Positions 30,624-32,000 of a stretch of DNA of 32,000 bases are shown here, in pieces. The stretch's first letter is position 1, and each line of letters starts with the position of its first letter. This stretch comes from Candidatus Saccharimonadota bacterium (GTDB taxonomy: Bacteria > Patescibacteriota > Microgenomatia > UBA1406 > GWC2-37-13). Where the stretch lies: the NCBI GenBank assembly GCA_016432445.1, contig CP066689.1, positions 90,001 to 122,000 on the forward strand. The letters are read 5' to 3'. The notes under the pieces are model-generated. The model was not told where the DNA came from and did no database searches. It saw only the letters and a list, made by a program, of their open reading frames with translations. Position numbers and translations under genes: made by a program.

Positions 30624-32000
30624 TTATTCCAGTTTGAGTTCGATGGCAACAACGGTGTTGGCAGGAATAAGGATTGATTTTTGAAGTTGCCCATTTTCTA
30701 CTAAAGTATTTTTTATAATGGTTGGATTTCCCTCCAAATAAGTAATGGTCATTGTGTAACTGCCATTGGCTAGATTAAGAAAGGTCACTGGAACAAGTTC
30801 GGTATTTTTATTGTCCTTATCGTAATTGACTAAAACTAAAGCAGTTTTGTTAGCAGAAGTGCTGGCTAAGCCATGAACAAAAGTTCCCTCCCCTTCAATA
30901 TTAATCCATGTGCCTTCAAGGAGGCTTAAAAGCTTTAGCGCATAATAACGGGGTTTTTTTTCTCCATTATGACCGAGGATTCCCCAGCGGGGAGTTGGGC
31001 CGTCTTTAATATCAAAAAGAAATCCTAAGGTAAAATTATAACGAAGAAAATTTCTTAAAGCCGCAATCGTGTGGGCGGCACCAACGTTAGTATCAGCTAT
31101 TGGGTTAGGTTCGGAATCGTATCCCCACTCGCTGATAATACGAGGAAGCGATTGGTATCGGCTAAACTCAGGCGGGCTAAGCCAAGAATTAAGATTTCCG
31201 GCATCATCGGTAAAGTCATCTGTGTTTTTTGAGTAGTGATGCCAGGATAAAAAATCAACCCGGAGATTATTGCGTGACACATAATTTAAAAATACTTGGA
31301 TCCAGTTTTTATATAAAGCAGTAGGGACGGGTCCGCCGATAAAATAATTATTTATTTCTTGAGCTTGAGAGGCGCCTAAAACTGAGTAATAATAAAGCGT
31401 TTTATAATCTTTGCTTCCTTCATACAAGCTCCACTTTCCAAATGTTTCCAGGTCAGGTTCATTCCATACCTCATAATAAATATCCTTCATCCAATCGCCA
31501 GTAATCTGTCCGCATAACCTGGTTGTTTTACCGCTGTATCTTTCAACAGTTTTTTGAACAAGATTTTTCCATTCTTGCCAGTCACTGGGCACAGCAATAA
31601 GTGATCCATCAGAAGACATAACGGGAGGCATGTAGCCTAAAGAAAAAAACGGCTTGGCGCCAATTTGATAAATATCGCAGATTGTCGCGTCAAGCTGAGC
31701 CCAGTTAAAAACCAGGGATCCTTTTTCGTCCCGGCTGACAACGTCATAATAATCATAGATATGATCAAGCCTGATATATTGAGGGTTTAATGCCGAAACT
31801 TCAGGTACGACATTTTCTAGCATCCGGACTCCTTTTTCTTCTCCTCCTTGAGCTAAGGCCAGCCAGCGGTTAGGGACAGGTTTTGTCGTACGTTTCAAAT
31901 CAATGACAATATCTGCCTTGACTGCGCTGGCTTTTGAAAAATACTGAAAAGAAAAAAAGAATATAACAGGGAGAGTAATTGTTAGTAAAACAATTATAAA
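30624..32000 (-). CDS. Clan GH-A TIM-barrel glycoside hydrolase (GH39/GH5-like), N-terminus beyond the right edge
   Basis: Acid/base motif YYEVWNEPDL, nucleophile candidate IISEWGY, and a C-terminal beta-sandwich-like tail. The tracked TTG 31898 is not the start. The frame stays open to 32000 and encodes a hydrophobic anchor ...FIIVLLTITLPVIFFFSFQYFSKASAVKADIVIDLKRTT... Confidence 0.55.
   Translation of the reverse strand, partial: FIIVLLTITLPVIFFFSFQYFSKASAVKADIVIDLKRTTKPVPNRWLALAQGGEEKGVRMLENVVPEVSALNPQYIRLDHIYDYYDVVSRDEKGSLVFNWAQLDATICDIYQIGAKPFFSLGYMPPVMSSDGSLIAVPSDWQEWKNLVQKTVERYSGKTTRLCGQITGDWMKDIYYEVWNEPDLETFGKWSLYEGSKDYKTLYYYSVLGASQAQEINNYFIGGPVPTALYKNWIQVFLNYVSRNNLRVDFLSWHHYSKNTDDFTDDAGNLNSWLSPPEFSRYQSLPRIISEWGYDSEPNPIADTNVGAAHTIAALRNFLRYNFTLGFLFDIKDGPTPRWGILGHNGEKKPRYYALKLLSLLEGTWINIEGEGTFVHGLASTSANKTALVLVNYDKDNKNTELVPVTFLNLANGSYTMTITYLEGNPTIIKNTLVENGQLQKSILIPANTVVAIELKLE

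Noticed and set aside
30619-30626. Missing terminator between the convergent stomatin and glycoside-hydrolase genes (2-nt gap)
   Set aside because: Tight convergent packing also occurs at 5207-5246 and seems a general property of this compact genome. Nothing specific can be inferred.
1-32000. Alternative genetic code (UGA or UAG reassignment, as in some CPR lineages)
   Set aside because: Long uninterrupted ORFs with full-length conserved proteins (DnaA, MutS, MutL, PBP1A) are obtained with the standard code. TGA, TAA and TAG all appear as genuine stops.

Overview
AT-rich window, roughly 30-40% G+C by eye, read with the standard genetic code. It looks like the chromosomal origin region of a small-genome bacterium. 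My guess is Patescibacteria/CPR, Microgenomates-like, based on protein families and gene style; this cannot be proven from sequence alone. Left to right:

- **Origin region:** dnaN (partial, missed by the ORF track) and dnaA on the minus strand, with a perfect inverted pair of DnaA boxes upstream of dnaA, then comF.
- **Cell-envelope block:** an LPXTG-like sorted small protein, a Cys-rich TrbC/VirB2-like pilin, a SpoIID/LytB protein, an acyltransferase-3, PBP1A, and a 1200-aa surface protein built from 8 tandem ~98-aa beta-sandwich modules.
- **Repair-rich block:** LMW phosphatase, AlkD-like protein, MutS, MutL, and further on EndoQ.
- **Next genes:** an RRM RNA-binding protein with a strong promoter and long leader, a histidine phosphatase, tRNA-Gln(CTG), an O-antigen-ligase-like protein and a matrixin-like protease.
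- **smpB-ssrA:** smpB followed by the tmRNA gene.
- **Right end:** a G+C-rich CDP-alcohol phosphatidyltransferase, a DEAH/HrpA-like helicase with an unassigned ~265-aa N-terminal region, an NfeD-stomatin pair, and a glycoside hydrolase that runs off the right edge.

The most unusual region is 23.9-25.7 kb, directly downstream of tmRNA. It holds a minimal GIY-YIG nuclease, a translationally coupled small protein plus retropepsin-like protease pair, and a DUF4406-like (deoxyribosyltransferase-fold) gene. Three copies of a 26-nt direct repeat partition these genes. Each copy closes a reading frame with ...QD(R/Q)K-TAA, and related TTGAT..ATCAA palindromes sit in front of each cassette. I regard this as the best candidate for an undescribed accessory or defence-like cassette system, but the function is inference only.

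A second window-wide signal: about 14 genes have a -10-like hexamer 6-10 nt upstream of the ATG with no Shine-Dalgarno sequence, which suggests mostly leaderless mRNAs.
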